Assembly: GCA_038064835.1 (NCBI GenBank)
Contig: JBBTSD010000001.1
Coordinates: 100,406 to 164,405 of the forward strand
Direction of reading: 5' to 3'
DNA from: Patescibacteria group bacterium
GTDB lineage: Bacteria; Patescibacteriota; Minisyncoccia; Phycocordibacterales; UBA2100
Length of the DNA stretch: 64,000 nt
Part shown: piece by piece, positions 55,305 through 64,000 of the stretch
Numbering within the stretch: position 1 is the stretch's first letter
Layout: each line of letters starts with the position of its first letter
The notes under the pieces: generated by a model
Seen by the model: only the letters and a program-made list of their open reading frames with translations
What the model was told of the DNA's origin: nothing
Databases searched by the model: none
Translations under genes and position numbers: made by a program

Positions 55305-56297
55305 ATGCAATATGTTGGAAATACGGAGGTACTCGCTAATTTTCTACGCAAACAACTGGCGATAGAAAGAGGAGAAAAATCACGCATTCGTCCGGCGATT
55401 GTTGTGCTTGGCGGAGGCATGTCGGGTGTGGTGAGTGCAGGAATGCTCAAGGCACTTCACGAAGTAGCACCACAAGCACCACATGTATGTGCCGGCGTGT
55501 CGGCTGGATCGGGCAATCTGTACGGGTTTCTCGCGGGTGTTCCCGACCTCACTTTGAAAGTGTATGAACATCTTGCAACAAGCGGTTTTGTGACCGGTCC
55601 CTGGTGGAGGATGCGCATGGAGATTGATTTGGTGTGCAGGATTTTGCGTACAGGATTTGAAGACATCATTCCTGATCAGAATGACATCATAATGCATCGT
55701 TCCGAATTCGTGGTGTTCGCTACCGAATATAGTACTGGTCTTGGTCTTGCGATTGATGCAAAGAAAGCTGAGCCAGACATTGTTGAGGCAGTGCGCGCAT
55801 CCATGATGGCTCCGGGAATTTGTTCAGGCACAGTGCACATCGGCGGGAAAGAGTATGTCGATGGTGCGTGCGGCATGCCGTTTCCGGTACGCACTATCGC
55901 GCGTACCTATCGACCTACCGATGTTCTCATTCTGTTCAATCAACCACTGCCAGAAAAGATGGGTTGGGTCGAATGGCTCCTGTTCCCGATTTTTGCGCGA
56001 GTCATTTTGTTGCTTCATGGTGTGTCGCGTCCGGTACGAGATCGCACTGCCGCGATGGATAAAGTGATGGCGTATGAAATCCGTATGCTCAAACGCGAAC
56101 GCGGCAGTGCGTGGTGGCCGTGGCGCGCACAACCAAAGCCACGACAGCACATTCGCTGGATTATGATCGCACCGGACGCATCCGAGACAGTCTCCCAGCG
56201 TTCGGCTGACAAGGTTGCAATTAAGCGGGCAGGTGAGCTTGCGTATGCCAACACCGTACGCTTGATTAGTGTGGTGCGAGAGAGATTCAAGATATAA
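55305..56297 (+). CDS. Patatin-like phospholipase
   Basis: VVLGGGMSGV (GGxR/K-like oxyanion loop), GVSAGS (GxSxG), DGA catalytic Asp motif. Start at ATG 55305 with a GAGAGG RBS. Confidence 0.6.
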   Translation: MQYVGNTEVLANFLRKQLAIERGEKSRIRPAIVVLGGGMSGVVSAGMLKALHEVAPQAPHVCAGVSAGSGNLYGFLAGVPDLTLKVYEHLATSGFVTGPWWRMRMEIDLVCRILRTGFEDIIPDQNDIIMHRSEFVVFATEYSTGLGLAIDAKKAEPDIVEAVRASMMAPGICSGTVHIGGKEYVDGACGMPFPVRTIARTYRPTDVLILFNQPLPEKMGWVEWLLFPIFARVILLLHGVSRPVRDRTAAMDKVMAYEIRMLKRERGSAWWPWRAQPKPRQHIRWIMIAPDASETVSQRSADKVAIKRAGELAYANTVRLISVVRERFKI

Positions 56298-56339
56298 GGC
56301 GCACAAGAAATTTGTGCGCCTTTGTGGTACAATATTTGC

Positions 56340-58286
56340 ATGAAATTTTCACTTCGTGGCGGACAAGAGCAGGCTCCCGAAGGGGACGCAGGAGCACCAA
56401 AGGTAAAGAAAGAGCCACCTAGTTTCTGGATGCAGGCGGGGCTCACGCTTCTTCTGTTCCTCGGGCTTTCAGTCGTATATGGCGTTATTAGTGAACAAGT
56501 GATGAAGAATGATGATGTCCCGCTTTCTCAGATTGCCGCCGACCTTGTTGCATCGAGCACCATCACCTCTATTGTCGTCGAAGGCGACCACATCACCGCT
56601 ACCTATGCCGATAAGACCACCAAGACTTCAAAGAAAGAATCTGAAAGTTCACTGACCGATACTTTCGTGAATTATGGCGTTTCTCCTGCAGTGCTCACCA
56701 CTATATCTATCGAAATAAAAGATCCCGGAGGTGCACGATTCTGGTTCCTTACGCTCGCACCGATGATTATTCCATTTCTTCTCTTGCTCGGTTTGGTGTG
56801 GTACTTCTCGCGCCAGGTGCGCGGCGCAGGTATGCAAGCGTTTACCTTTGGACAATCACGCGCCCGCCTCATGACACCAGATGATGGGGGACAGAAGATT
56901 ACCTTTGCTGATATCGCAGGTGCCAAGGAAGCCAAAGTTGAACTCACTGAGATTGTCGATTTTTTGAAAAATCCTGAAAAATTCCTTGCGATTGGCGCGC
57001 GTATTCCGAAGGGTGTGATGCTTATGGGTGCGCCTGGCACGGGCAAAACTTTGCTTGCACGAGCAGTGGCGGGCGAAGCAGGTGTGCCATTCTTTTCGAT
57101 TTCCGGATCCGAATTTGTCGAAATGTTTGTGGGTGTGGGCGCTTCGCGTGTGCGCGATCTTTTCTCGGTCGCAAAGAAGCACGCACCGGCGATAGTGTTT
57201 GTTGATGAAATTGATGCGGTGGGCCGTGTGCGCGGCACTGGCGTGGGTGGCGGAAACGACGAGCGCGAACAGACGCTCAATCAGATTCTCGTCGAACTTG
57301 ATGGGTTCGAGCCAAGCGAGAAGGTGATAGTGATGGCGGCGACAAATCGTCCCGATGTGCTTGACCCGGCGCTCCTTCGCCCGGGACGGTTTGATCGGCG
57401 TGTGACTATCGATTTGCCCGACAGAGAGGATCGTGAGGGTATTCTAAAAATTCACTCACGAAAGAAGCCGCTTCATGCCGATGTAAATGTCACGGTCATT
57501 GCCGAGAGGACACCGGGATTTTCAGGAGCCGATCTGGCCAACCTCATGAACGAGGCCGCGATTCTTGCGGCGCGTGAAGATCGAAAGGAGATTACCCAGT
57601 ACGACCTACTGCGTTCGATTGAAAAAGTCATGCTCGGTCCCGAACGGCGCAGTCACATCCTCAACAAAAAAGAAAAAGAGATTACGGCATATCACGAGGC
57701 CGGACACGCAATCGTCTCTTCGGTCCTCGAGTACGCTGATCCTGTGCACAAGGTATCGATTATTTCTCGCGGTCGCGCCGCAGGGTACACACTCAAGCTT
57801 CCTCTCGAAGACCGCCGCATGCAATCGCGCAATGAGTTTCTCGATGACATAGCGGTGTCGCTTGGTGGATACATTGCCGAGAAGCTGATATTTGGCGACC
57901 TTACTACTGGCGCTTCGAATGATTTGCAGGTACTCACTTCGCTTGCGCGCGATATGGTAGTGCGTTTTGGTATGTCGGACAAAGTTGGTCCGATGGCACT
58001 CGAATCCGCTGGGGGCAAGCCATTGTTTGGGGGAACCGGTGTTGAAGGCCACGAACATTCAGAAGAGGTTGCTGCCATGATCGACTCGGAAGTAAAGAAA
58101 ATAATCGAAGGCGCTCACAAGAAAGCCGAAGCGGTAATTAAAAAGCATAGGGATGCACTCGATACAATTGCGCGCGTTTTGATGGAGCAGGAAACCATCG
58201 AACGCGATGACTTCGAGGACCTCCTTGTCGCGCACGGCATCGCTCCTAAAAAGAAGCAGGATATTGAGCACCAGCCGATTGTGTAG
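56340..58286 (+). CDS. ftsH: ATP-dependent zinc metalloprotease FtsH
   Basis: [18 protein letters not shown], a second AAA region, HEAGHAI zinc site. The TACAAT -10 lies just upstream. Confidence 0.9.
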   Translation: MKFSLRGGQEQAPEGDAGAPKVKKEPPSFWMQAGLTLLLFLGLSVVYGVISEQVMKNDDVPLSQIAADLVASSTITSIVVEGDHITATYADKTTKTSKKESESSLTDTFVNYGVSPAVLTTISIEIKDPGGARFWFLTLAPMIIPFLLLLGLVWYFSRQVRGAGMQAFTFGQSRARLMTPDDGGQKITFADIAGAKEAKVELTEIVDFLKNPEKFLAIGARIPKGVMLMGAPGTGKTLLARAVAGEAGVPFFSISGSEFVEMFVGVGASRVRDLFSVAKKHAPAIVFVDEIDAVGRVRGTGVGGGNDEREQTLNQILVELDGFEPSEKVIVMAATNRPDVLDPALLRPGRFDRRVTIDLPDREDREGILKIHSRKKPLHADVNVTVIAERTPGFSGADLANLMNEAAILAAREDRKEITQYDLLRSIEKVMLGPERRSHILNKKEKEITAYHEAGHAIVSSVLEYADPVHKVSIISRGRAAGYTLKLPLEDRRMQSRNEFLDDIAVSLGGYIAEKLIFGDLTTGASNDLQVLTSLARDMVVRFGMSDKVGPMALESAGGKPLFGGTGVEGHEHSEEVAAMIDSEVKKIIEGAHKKAEAVIKKHRDALDTIARVLMEQETIERDDFEDLLVAHGIAPKKKQDIEHQPIV

Positions 58287-58288
58287 AT

Positions 58289-59338
58289 ATGAGCGAGCTA
58301 GAAAGGGGATTTTCAGGCTTCTCAATTCAGAAATACGACGGCCCACCAGGATTTACATCGATGGGCGAAAATGTGGCAGTTGCAAAAACTGCTGTGGCAT
58401 TGGAGGAGTATCTAGAATCGCTCGGACTGGAGAATCCGGTGCCAGAAAAAATTCTCGAGATTCTTGGTGGGGCACCTCGCGCATTCACTCCATACTTTAC
58501 GCAGGCACTCGATAATTACATCAGGGCACAGAAATTTGCACGGCAGTGGCATGACGGTTTTCTTGCGGGTGTGCAGAGGCGTCAGCAGGAAGGGGTTACT
58601 GAAGACGAGGCTAGGGCCGAAGTTGGTGCACAAATCTTTAGTCAGATTGCTGATGGGAAGACAGCGAGAGGACTTATTCATCCGAAGATGCAAGGTCCTG
58701 TACTTGTTCTAATGTGTACTGACGAACAAGACTATCTCGAACTTTATGATCGGGGGAAGCACGAAGAATCTCCTGGCGTTGCAGCAAAAGGATCGGCAGG
58801 GTTTTATCGTCCTGAGGAAGATCTATCTATTTTTGGCGGGCTTCCCATCCATACTATTGCGTTTAGGATTCCAAAAGAAGGCAAATTTCCACCAGGAGAA
58901 CTGGATGCTTTGTTGCGGCATGAACTTCAGCACTTTATACAGAGGGTCGCACTAGGTATGTTTACGGTTACGGAGGGGAAGGTTGACACAGTTGGACTTG
59001 GTGCGGTCAAAGATGAACTACTCGCACATCTCCGCGACCAAAGACTCTATCAGTCACTTGCATCATTTCCACGAAACGAAATATACACAAAACTTTTCTC
59101 TGTGCTTTTAGATACCGACAATGCGGTTGCTCGGGAAGCCATTGGTGCGCTTGCCAAGTATCTCGATAGTTATGCGGAGGTACTTTCTTCGGAACGAGAA
59201 CGCGCAGTGCTTGTCTATCAGCTGTCCAGTATAAATATGGGTGATTTTCCGCGCTGGCTTACTATACTTGCGCGGTACAACCAAATGCACAACCCTGAAC
59301 GGTACCCACCACCATACACATATGTCACGATGCCCTAA
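58289..59338 (+). CDS. Hypothetical protein with HExxH motif (possible zinc-dependent hydrolase)
   Basis: LRHELQHFIQRV. No other landmarks. Confidence 0.35.
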   Translation: MSELERGFSGFSIQKYDGPPGFTSMGENVAVAKTAVALEEYLESLGLENPVPEKILEILGGAPRAFTPYFTQALDNYIRAQKFARQWHDGFLAGVQRRQQEGVTEDEARAEVGAQIFSQIADGKTARGLIHPKMQGPVLVLMCTDEQDYLELYDRGKHEESPGVAAKGSAGFYRPEEDLSIFGGLPIHTIAFRIPKEGKFPPGELDALLRHELQHFIQRVALGMFTVTEGKVDTVGLGAVKDELLAHLRDQRLYQSLASFPRNEIYTKLFSVLLDTDNAVAREAIGALAKYLDSYAEVLSSERERAVLVYQLSSINMGDFPRWLTILARYNQMHNPERYPPPYTYVTMP

Positions 59339-59384
59339 TTACTTGTTTGTCAGTATATAGTTGATGGCGTAGAGTGTACGCACT

Positions 59385-59607
59385 GCGCCCGTAGCTCAAT
59401 GGTAGAGCGCTAAGCTTACTGTGGCTAACGAGCGTCGATTGAAAATCTGTGTGGGCGCATAGCTCAATGGTAGAGCGCCAAGCTTATACCTTGGTGGTTC
59501 TAGGTTCGAATCCTAGTGCGCCCACACAGATTTTCAATTCGCGCGAGTAACGACACAGGATTGAAAATATACCTTAGTGGTTCCAGGTTCGAGTCCTGGC
59601 GGGCGCA
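59385..59607 (+). tRNA. tRNA-Val(UAC)-like gene split by a 151-nt insertion in the anticodon loop (5' part 59385-59419; 3' part 59571-59607)
   Basis: 5' GCGCCCG-TA-GCTC-AATGGTA-GAGC-G-CTAAG-CTTAC | ... | AC-CTTAG-TGGTT-CCAGG-TTCGAGT-CCTGG-CGGGCGC-A. Acceptor, D, anticodon and T stems are all fully complementary across the insertion. Confidence 0.45.
59453..59524 (+). tRNA. Complete tRNA with anticodon UAU (tRNA-Ile(UAU)-like), nested inside the split tRNA
   Basis: GGGCGCA-TA-GCTC-AATGGTA-GAGC-G-CCAAG-CTTATAC-CTTGG-TGGTT-CTAGG-TTCGAAT-CCTAG-TGCGCCC-A, a canonical cloverleaf. Flanked by a 17-18-bp inverted repeat (59436-59452 / 59525-59541). Confidence 0.6.
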
Positions 59608-59671
59608 CAAAAACAATGAGCTCGACACGAAGTGTGGATTTGGTGTTGCACACCCTAATTTGCATGGGACA

Positions 59672-61549
59672 ATGGACACATCATTAATGACTAATGCGTT
59701 TCTTATGGCTATTCGTTTACCTGTGCGTGGGATAGTGCTTGGACTGGTTCTTTCAATGATTGTCCTGCCGTTGTTCACACACGCTCAAACATCCGCCGAA
59801 CTCGAAGACCAGATCAAGGCTCTATTGGAGCGCATCAATGCGCTCCAAGGAGATTTGGGAGGGCCAACAACAAACACTACTACCACAGGCACGGCTGGTA
59901 CTGGAACAGGCTCGGGTACCAACCCTCCTGGTACAGGAGGCGTCGCCCCTCTTTCAAATCTGAATCCAGGTAACGGCAGTGTGCTTCGCGGCGGGTTGTT
60001 CCTCACGCGTGATATTGCGCGCGGTGCAACAGGTGAAGATGTGGCGCGTCTTCAATCGTTCTTGTCACAAGACATTTCAATCTACCCTGAGGGTGTTGTC
60101 TCGGGTCGTTATATCAATCTCACTGAGGCAGCTGTCAAGAGATTTCAAGTTGCATGCGGGATTGTCTCGTCGGGTACCTATGCCGGTACGGGATATGGTC
60201 GTGTTGGCCCCAGAACACGTGCCGCACTTGCCGATGGATGTCCAAACGCCACGCCTGCAGAGGTCGGTGCGTTTATTCGTGTGACTCCAATCTCAGGTGG
60301 AGCACCGCTCACGGTGACTGTCGCTGCCACAGTGAATACTTCACGATCCTGCGAACGCTCTACCTATCTCCTTGATTTCGGTGATGGTACTGCCCCGTTT
60401 GAACTGACAGTTCCCGCCACGCGTTGCGTCGAACTTTCCCAGTCTATCGCACACACGTATGCAACGGCGGGCACCTATGTGGTTACTCTCTCAATCGGTG
60501 AGCATCAAACAACGGTGAATGTACAAGTGACCAACGGACCTTCGACTGGTACCACACCACCCCCCACCACCGTAAGTACCATCACGCGTCTTGTGCTGTC
60601 GGCACACAACTACTACCAAGATTGTTGGGTGTCTTACGAAGGCAATGTCTACGACATTACACGCTGGCTGCCTGTGTACCCGGGCGGATCATCCGAGATT
60701 GCCGGTACCTGCGGAAGTGATACGCAATTCACGAATTTTTTCCGTTCGCGACATAGTGGACAGACGGCACTCCTGTCACAACAGGGGACATTCATGGGGC
60801 GCCTGGGCACTATCGCCACCACACCGGCTCTCTTGGCAGATTCTCTGAGTGCATCACCACTCAATGGCAACGCGCCGATTACCGTGACATTTAATGCACG
60901 CATCAATGGAGCCGCATCATGTGCAGGTGGTGAGTACACGCTTGATTTTGGCGACGGAGAAAAAGCACCGTTGCAATTTGCAGTAAATGCCTGCCGTGCG
61001 CACGAATTTAATATCACACATCGATATGACACTGGTGGAGCGAAGGTCGCCAAGTTGTACAAAGAGCGTGCCGCACAAATAAACAACCTCACTCCGCCGG
61101 TGAGTAGTGTCACGCTCAATGTAGTCGGCACTGCCGCCACCTTTGATCCACAGCTTTCCATCACGCCAAGTTTTGAAGGGTTGGCAACCAAGATACAAGC
61201 TCGATTTACTCTGGAAAATGCATGCACTGGGTTTACAGTCGAGTGGGGTGATGGCCGGCCATCGGCAACGCGCGCGCATACAACGGTCGGTTGCAATAGT
61301 AACCGTGACACAACAACTCATGTGCACACATATCCTTCAATAACCGGAAGCACTAACTACACGCTCCGACTCTCGTTTGGACCACCAACCACGCTGGTAC
61401 AGCGCACGGCAAGTATCGTGATTGTCGGTACGACTACAACGACCACAAATCCGCCATCTAGGGATGGCTGTGATAGCGGTGCGTCTAATTACTTCATAAC
61501 CGGATGTGCCGAAAGAGCCAATGGTGACACCGGCGGTGGTGGCAACTAG
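59672..61549 (+). CDS. Secreted multidomain protein: peptidoglycan-binding (PG_binding_1-like) domain, PKD/Ig-like repeats and a cytochrome b5-like heme-binding domain
   Basis: Signal/TM segment (LPVRGIVLGLVLSMIVLPLFTHA). GEDVARLQSFLSQD...LTEAAVKRFQ (PG-binding-like). HNYYQDCWVSYEGNVYDITRWLPVYPGGSSEIAGTCGSDTQF (cyt-b5 HPGG-type motif). Start at ATG 59672, because the listed longer ORF would run through the tRNAs. Confidence 0.5.
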   Translation: MDTSLMTNAFLMAIRLPVRGIVLGLVLSMIVLPLFTHAQTSAELEDQIKALLERINALQGDLGGPTTNTTTTGTAGTGTGSGTNPPGTGGVAPLSNLNPGNGSVLRGGLFLTRDIARGATGEDVARLQSFLSQDISIYPEGVVSGRYINLTEAAVKRFQVACGIVSSGTYAGTGYGRVGPRTRAALADGCPNATPAEVGAFIRVTPISGGAPLTVTVAATVNTSRSCERSTYLLDFGDGTAPFELTVPATRCVELSQSIAHTYATAGTYVVTLSIGEHQTTVNVQVTNGPSTGTTPPPTTVSTITRLVLSAHNYYQDCWVSYEGNVYDITRWLPVYPGGSSEIAGTCGSDTQFTNFFRSRHSGQTALLSQQGTFMGRLGTIATTPALLADSLSASPLNGNAPITVTFNARINGAASCAGGEYTLDFGDGEKAPLQFAVNACRAHEFNITHRYDTGGAKVAKLYKERAAQINNLTPPVSSVTLNVVGTAATFDPQLSITPSFEGLATKIQARFTLENACTGFTVEWGDGRPSATRAHTTVGCNSNRDTTTHVHTYPSITGSTNYTLRLSFGPPTTLVQRTASIVIVGTTTTTTNPPSRDGCDSGASNYFITGCAERANGDTGGGGN

Positions 61550-61565
61550 AAAAAGATTGGGCTCG

Positions 61566-63707
61566 CTATTCTTCGTGGAGAAGAGCGCCAGTGCGTTCGG
61601 CGCGCTCGATGAGGTTTGGAAGTACGGCGTCCTTCTCGACAAGATACCGCGCTGCCTCACGAGCCGCTTCGATGAGTTTTGGATTCTTAAGTGCCTCCAT
61701 ACCTAAATCAGAAATACCCCATTGTGATCGTCCATATAAATCACCCGCACCGCGGAGTAGTAGGTCTTGTTCTGCCAATGCAAATCCATCGCGAGTCTTG
61801 GCAATTGCTTTCAAGCGATTGCGAGATGTTTCCGAAAGGGATTCTGGTGCAAGGAAGCAGTAGGCTGTATGCGCGCTACGCAAGACACGACCCCGTAGCT
61901 GGTGAAGTTGAGCCAGGCCGAATCGCTCGGCCCCCTCGATCATAATTATTGTTGCATTTGGGACATTAACACCCACTTCAACCACGGATGTAGCAACAAG
62001 AATATGGATGGTCCCGTTAGAAAATAATTTCATTATGCTGTCTTTGTCTGCAGGAGTCATCTTGCCGTGCAGTACGCCGATGGTGTACTCAGGAAACACC
62101 TCTTTCTTGAGTCGCTTCGCCTCAGCAACTACTGATCGGGCACGAAGAGCCATCTCTTTCTCGGGATCTGGTTCGTCGATCCGCGGGCAAATCACATATA
62201 CCTGACGGCCAAGGGAAAGCTCGCGTCGCATAATCGAGTATGCTTCGCTGCGTTTTTCTTTGGGAACAAGTCGGGTTTCAATGCCGGCACGATCTTTGGG
62301 TAATTCATCCAACACGGAAATATCCAAGTCGCCGTACATGGTGAGTGCAAGTGTACGGGGCATTGGTGTCGCGCTCATCGAAAGAAAATGCGGCGGCGCG
62401 TCTCCTTTGTGAGCAAGTTTCTGTCTTTGTGCTGTACCAAAGCGGTGTTGCTCATCAACAATTGCGTATGCCAAGTGCGCGAATTTTATAGATTTCTGAA
62501 TGAGTGCATGTGTGCCAATAAGCATCGCAATTTCTCCGTTCGCTACCCACTTCAAGAGTTGCGCACGCGATATCGCCGTGGGCTTCTCGCGGTTTATTTT
62601 TGAAGGGAATTTAAAACAGCCACTGCCTGTAAGGAGCGCTATATTTATCGGCAAGTGCCGATAAAATTCAATAAAGGATAGAAAGTGTTGGCCAGCGAGT
62701 ATTTCGGTAGGGGCCATGTATGCCACCTGCAAGGTCCCACTGATGCGTCCTTTTGGGCGCGAAGTAACTACAGCATATGCCGTTGCCGCCGCTACCACAG
62801 TCTTTCCTGAGCCCACATCACCCTCAAGGAGACGCGCCATGGGGTGTGGTTTTTCAAAGTCAGTGAGAATGTCACCAATAACTCGCTGTTGAGCGCCAGT
62901 GAGTGGAAAAGGGAGGGAGGCGGTAAACTGCTCGACTCGTCCGGGGTCTGCTTGGACGCGAAAGGCGGGCAATTCTGTGTTTCTTTTGCGCTCAATTTGT
63001 TTGCCAATTTGGAGCACAAACATTTCTTCAAATGAAAATCGCTTGCGTGAGGCTTCCGCATCGCGAACTGTTTTGGGAAGGTGGACTCGGATGAGTGCTG
63101 AAGGAAGGTCAGGTAAATGGTAAGTATCGCGCACTTCAGAAGGAATCGGATCTTCTAATTCTTGTACAAATCGTTCGGCAAGTATTTTCTTGAGCGCATG
63201 ATACATCCATCGACTGGTGATCCCCTGGCTTTCAGGGTAGACAGGAAATAACACGGCTTCGCTATTTTCCTCAGTACGGAAAAGTCCGTCAGCAATTGCG
63301 TTCCCCGCAACAACTTCTATTTCTGGGTTGGTAATGTACGGTTTTTCTTTGCCGGCCACTGTGCCCGAGAGTTTGACTACCACATTCTCGGGGACCATCT
63401 TTGAAATGTAGGGTTGGTTGAACCAAATGACTTTGATACGACCACTGCCGTCTTCAAACCATCCCTCGGTTGCAGTGCGGCGACTTTTCCAAAGTTTTTT
63501 GGCAGTGAGTCGTGAAAGCTTTCCATACAATGTCACCGTAGTGCCATGCGCGAGCGAAGCGACGGTGCCAGATTCTTGGATGTTGTCATAACGCACAGGG
63601 AAGTGATAGAGAAGATCGTGTATAGTCGCAACTTTCAGACGGTGGAGAGCTTTCTTCTGGTCAGGAACTAGGCGGAAGTGTTCGGTGAGAAGGTCGCCAG
63701 GATTCAT
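61566..63707 (-). CDS. recG: ATP-dependent DNA helicase RecG
   Basis: GDVGSGKT, DEQHRFG and TATPIPRTL-like (SATPMPRTLAL) helicase motifs with a RecG wedge-domain layout. Start at ATG 63707 (or TTG 63740). Confidence 0.85.
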   Translation of the reverse strand: MNPGDLLTEHFRLVPDQKKALHRLKVATIHDLLYHFPVRYDNIQESGTVASLAHGTTVTLYGKLSRLTAKKLWKSRRTATEGWFEDGSGRIKVIWFNQPYISKMVPENVVVKLSGTVAGKEKPYITNPEIEVVAGNAIADGLFRTEENSEAVLFPVYPESQGITSRWMYHALKKILAERFVQELEDPIPSEVRDTYHLPDLPSALIRVHLPKTVRDAEASRKRFSFEEMFVLQIGKQIERKRNTELPAFRVQADPGRVEQFTASLPFPLTGAQQRVIGDILTDFEKPHPMARLLEGDVGSGKTVVAAATAYAVVTSRPKGRISGTLQVAYMAPTEILAGQHFLSFIEFYRHLPINIALLTGSGCFKFPSKINREKPTAISRAQLLKWVANGEIAMLIGTHALIQKSIKFAHLAYAIVDEQHRFGTAQRQKLAHKGDAPPHFLSMSATPMPRTLALTMYGDLDISVLDELPKDRAGIETRLVPKEKRSEAYSIMRRELSLGRQVYVICPRIDEPDPEKEMALRARSVVAEAKRLKKEVFPEYTIGVLHGKMTPADKDSIMKLFSNGTIHILVATSVVEVGVNVPNATIIMIEGAERFGLAQLHQLRGRVLRSAHTAYCFLAPESLSETSRNRLKAIAKTRDGFALAEQDLLLRGAGDLYGRSQWGISDLGMEALKNPKLIEAAREAARYLVEKDAVLPNLIERAERTGALLHEE

Positions 63708-63762
63708 GGCATGAGTATACGCGCAGAACAGGTATACCAAAAGAAAACCGCACCAAGGGGTG

Positions 63763-63788
63763 CGGTTTTGGCACTAGCGGACGCTGGC
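63763..63788. terminator. Bidirectional terminator
   Basis: aaaaccgcaccaaggggtgcggtttt. Confidence 0.5.
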
Positions 63789-64000
63789 CCTGATAATATA
63801 GGTGGCAAGCATGTCGCGGTGGGATCGGTACATGTTCCGCGGCAGTTTTGAGAGAGGGAACCATCGCGGGGTCTCGGTGCCAAAGATTTTTTTGCGAAGT
63901 GGCTCGCCCGAGGCGACCTTCACCAAGAAGAAAACTTTGTTGAAACGAGCTCCGGTCTCGGGGTTTTGTTGCCCCTCTGAGCGGAGGAACTGCTCGACTA
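63777..64000 (-). CDS. C-terminal fragment of a minus-strand gene running off the window end (unknown; weakly NUDIX-like)
   Basis: Manual translation ...EQFLRSEGQQNPETGARFNKVFFLVKVASGEPLRKKIFGTETPRWFPLSKLPRNMYRSHRDMLATYIIRASVR* ending at 63777. Confidence 0.3.

Noticed and set aside
59516-59671. N-terminal 52 codons of ORF 59516-61549 (MRPHRFSIRASND...)
   Set aside because: They would be translated through the tRNA genes. A signal-peptide-bearing start at ATG 59672 is more plausible.

Overview
This 64 kb window looks like a small, roughly 50% GC bacterial genome that resembles Candidate Phyla Radiation (Patescibacteria) lineages: the ribosomal cluster has no L30 and uses a Zn-type S14. The backbone is a long plus-strand ribosomal-protein supercluster running rplC-rplD-rplW-rplB ... 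rplO-secY-adk-map (12.4 to 30.3 kb). Two apparently foreign inserts interrupt it. The first sits between rplB and rpsS: a GC-rich membrane protein plus two convergent small genes. The second sits between rplE and rpsN: a small cytosolic protein plus a convergent membrane protein, followed by a promoter restart. rpsJ is absent upstream of rplC, and the genes that usually follow map are missing too. A giant P-loop ATPase, ndk and an MntA/HepT toxin-antitoxin cassette bracketed by direct repeats occupy that position instead. Upstream lie a YcaO / SagB-type dehydrogenase pair with a divergent, highly repetitive Asp/Ser/Thr/Gly/Ala/Cys-rich peptide gene, and a ComF-like phosphoribosyltransferase fused to a PQQ-like beta-propeller. 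A cluster of secreted and redox proteins and two tandem PaaK/CapK-like adenylate-forming ligases follow. Downstream are infC-rpmI-rplT, an AI-2E transporter, an M15 peptidase and a 1615-aa repetitive surface protein. Further on is an smpB-ssrA locus: ssrA lies on the minus strand (about 53656-54045), followed by a truncated tandem ssrA-like copy with a duplicated 3' end, and with a hairpin-flanked GC-rich mini-cassette between smpB and ssrA. The remaining elements are patatin, ftsH, an unusual nested tRNA arrangement (a complete tRNA-Ile(UAU)-like gene inside the anticodon loop of a tRNA-Val(UAC)-like gene), a secreted peptidoglycan-binding / cytochrome b5-like protein and recG. I found no CRISPR array, rRNA gene or classical transposase. 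All calls rest on manual reading of the ORF track and sequence, so family assignments are recalled motifs rather than database hits.
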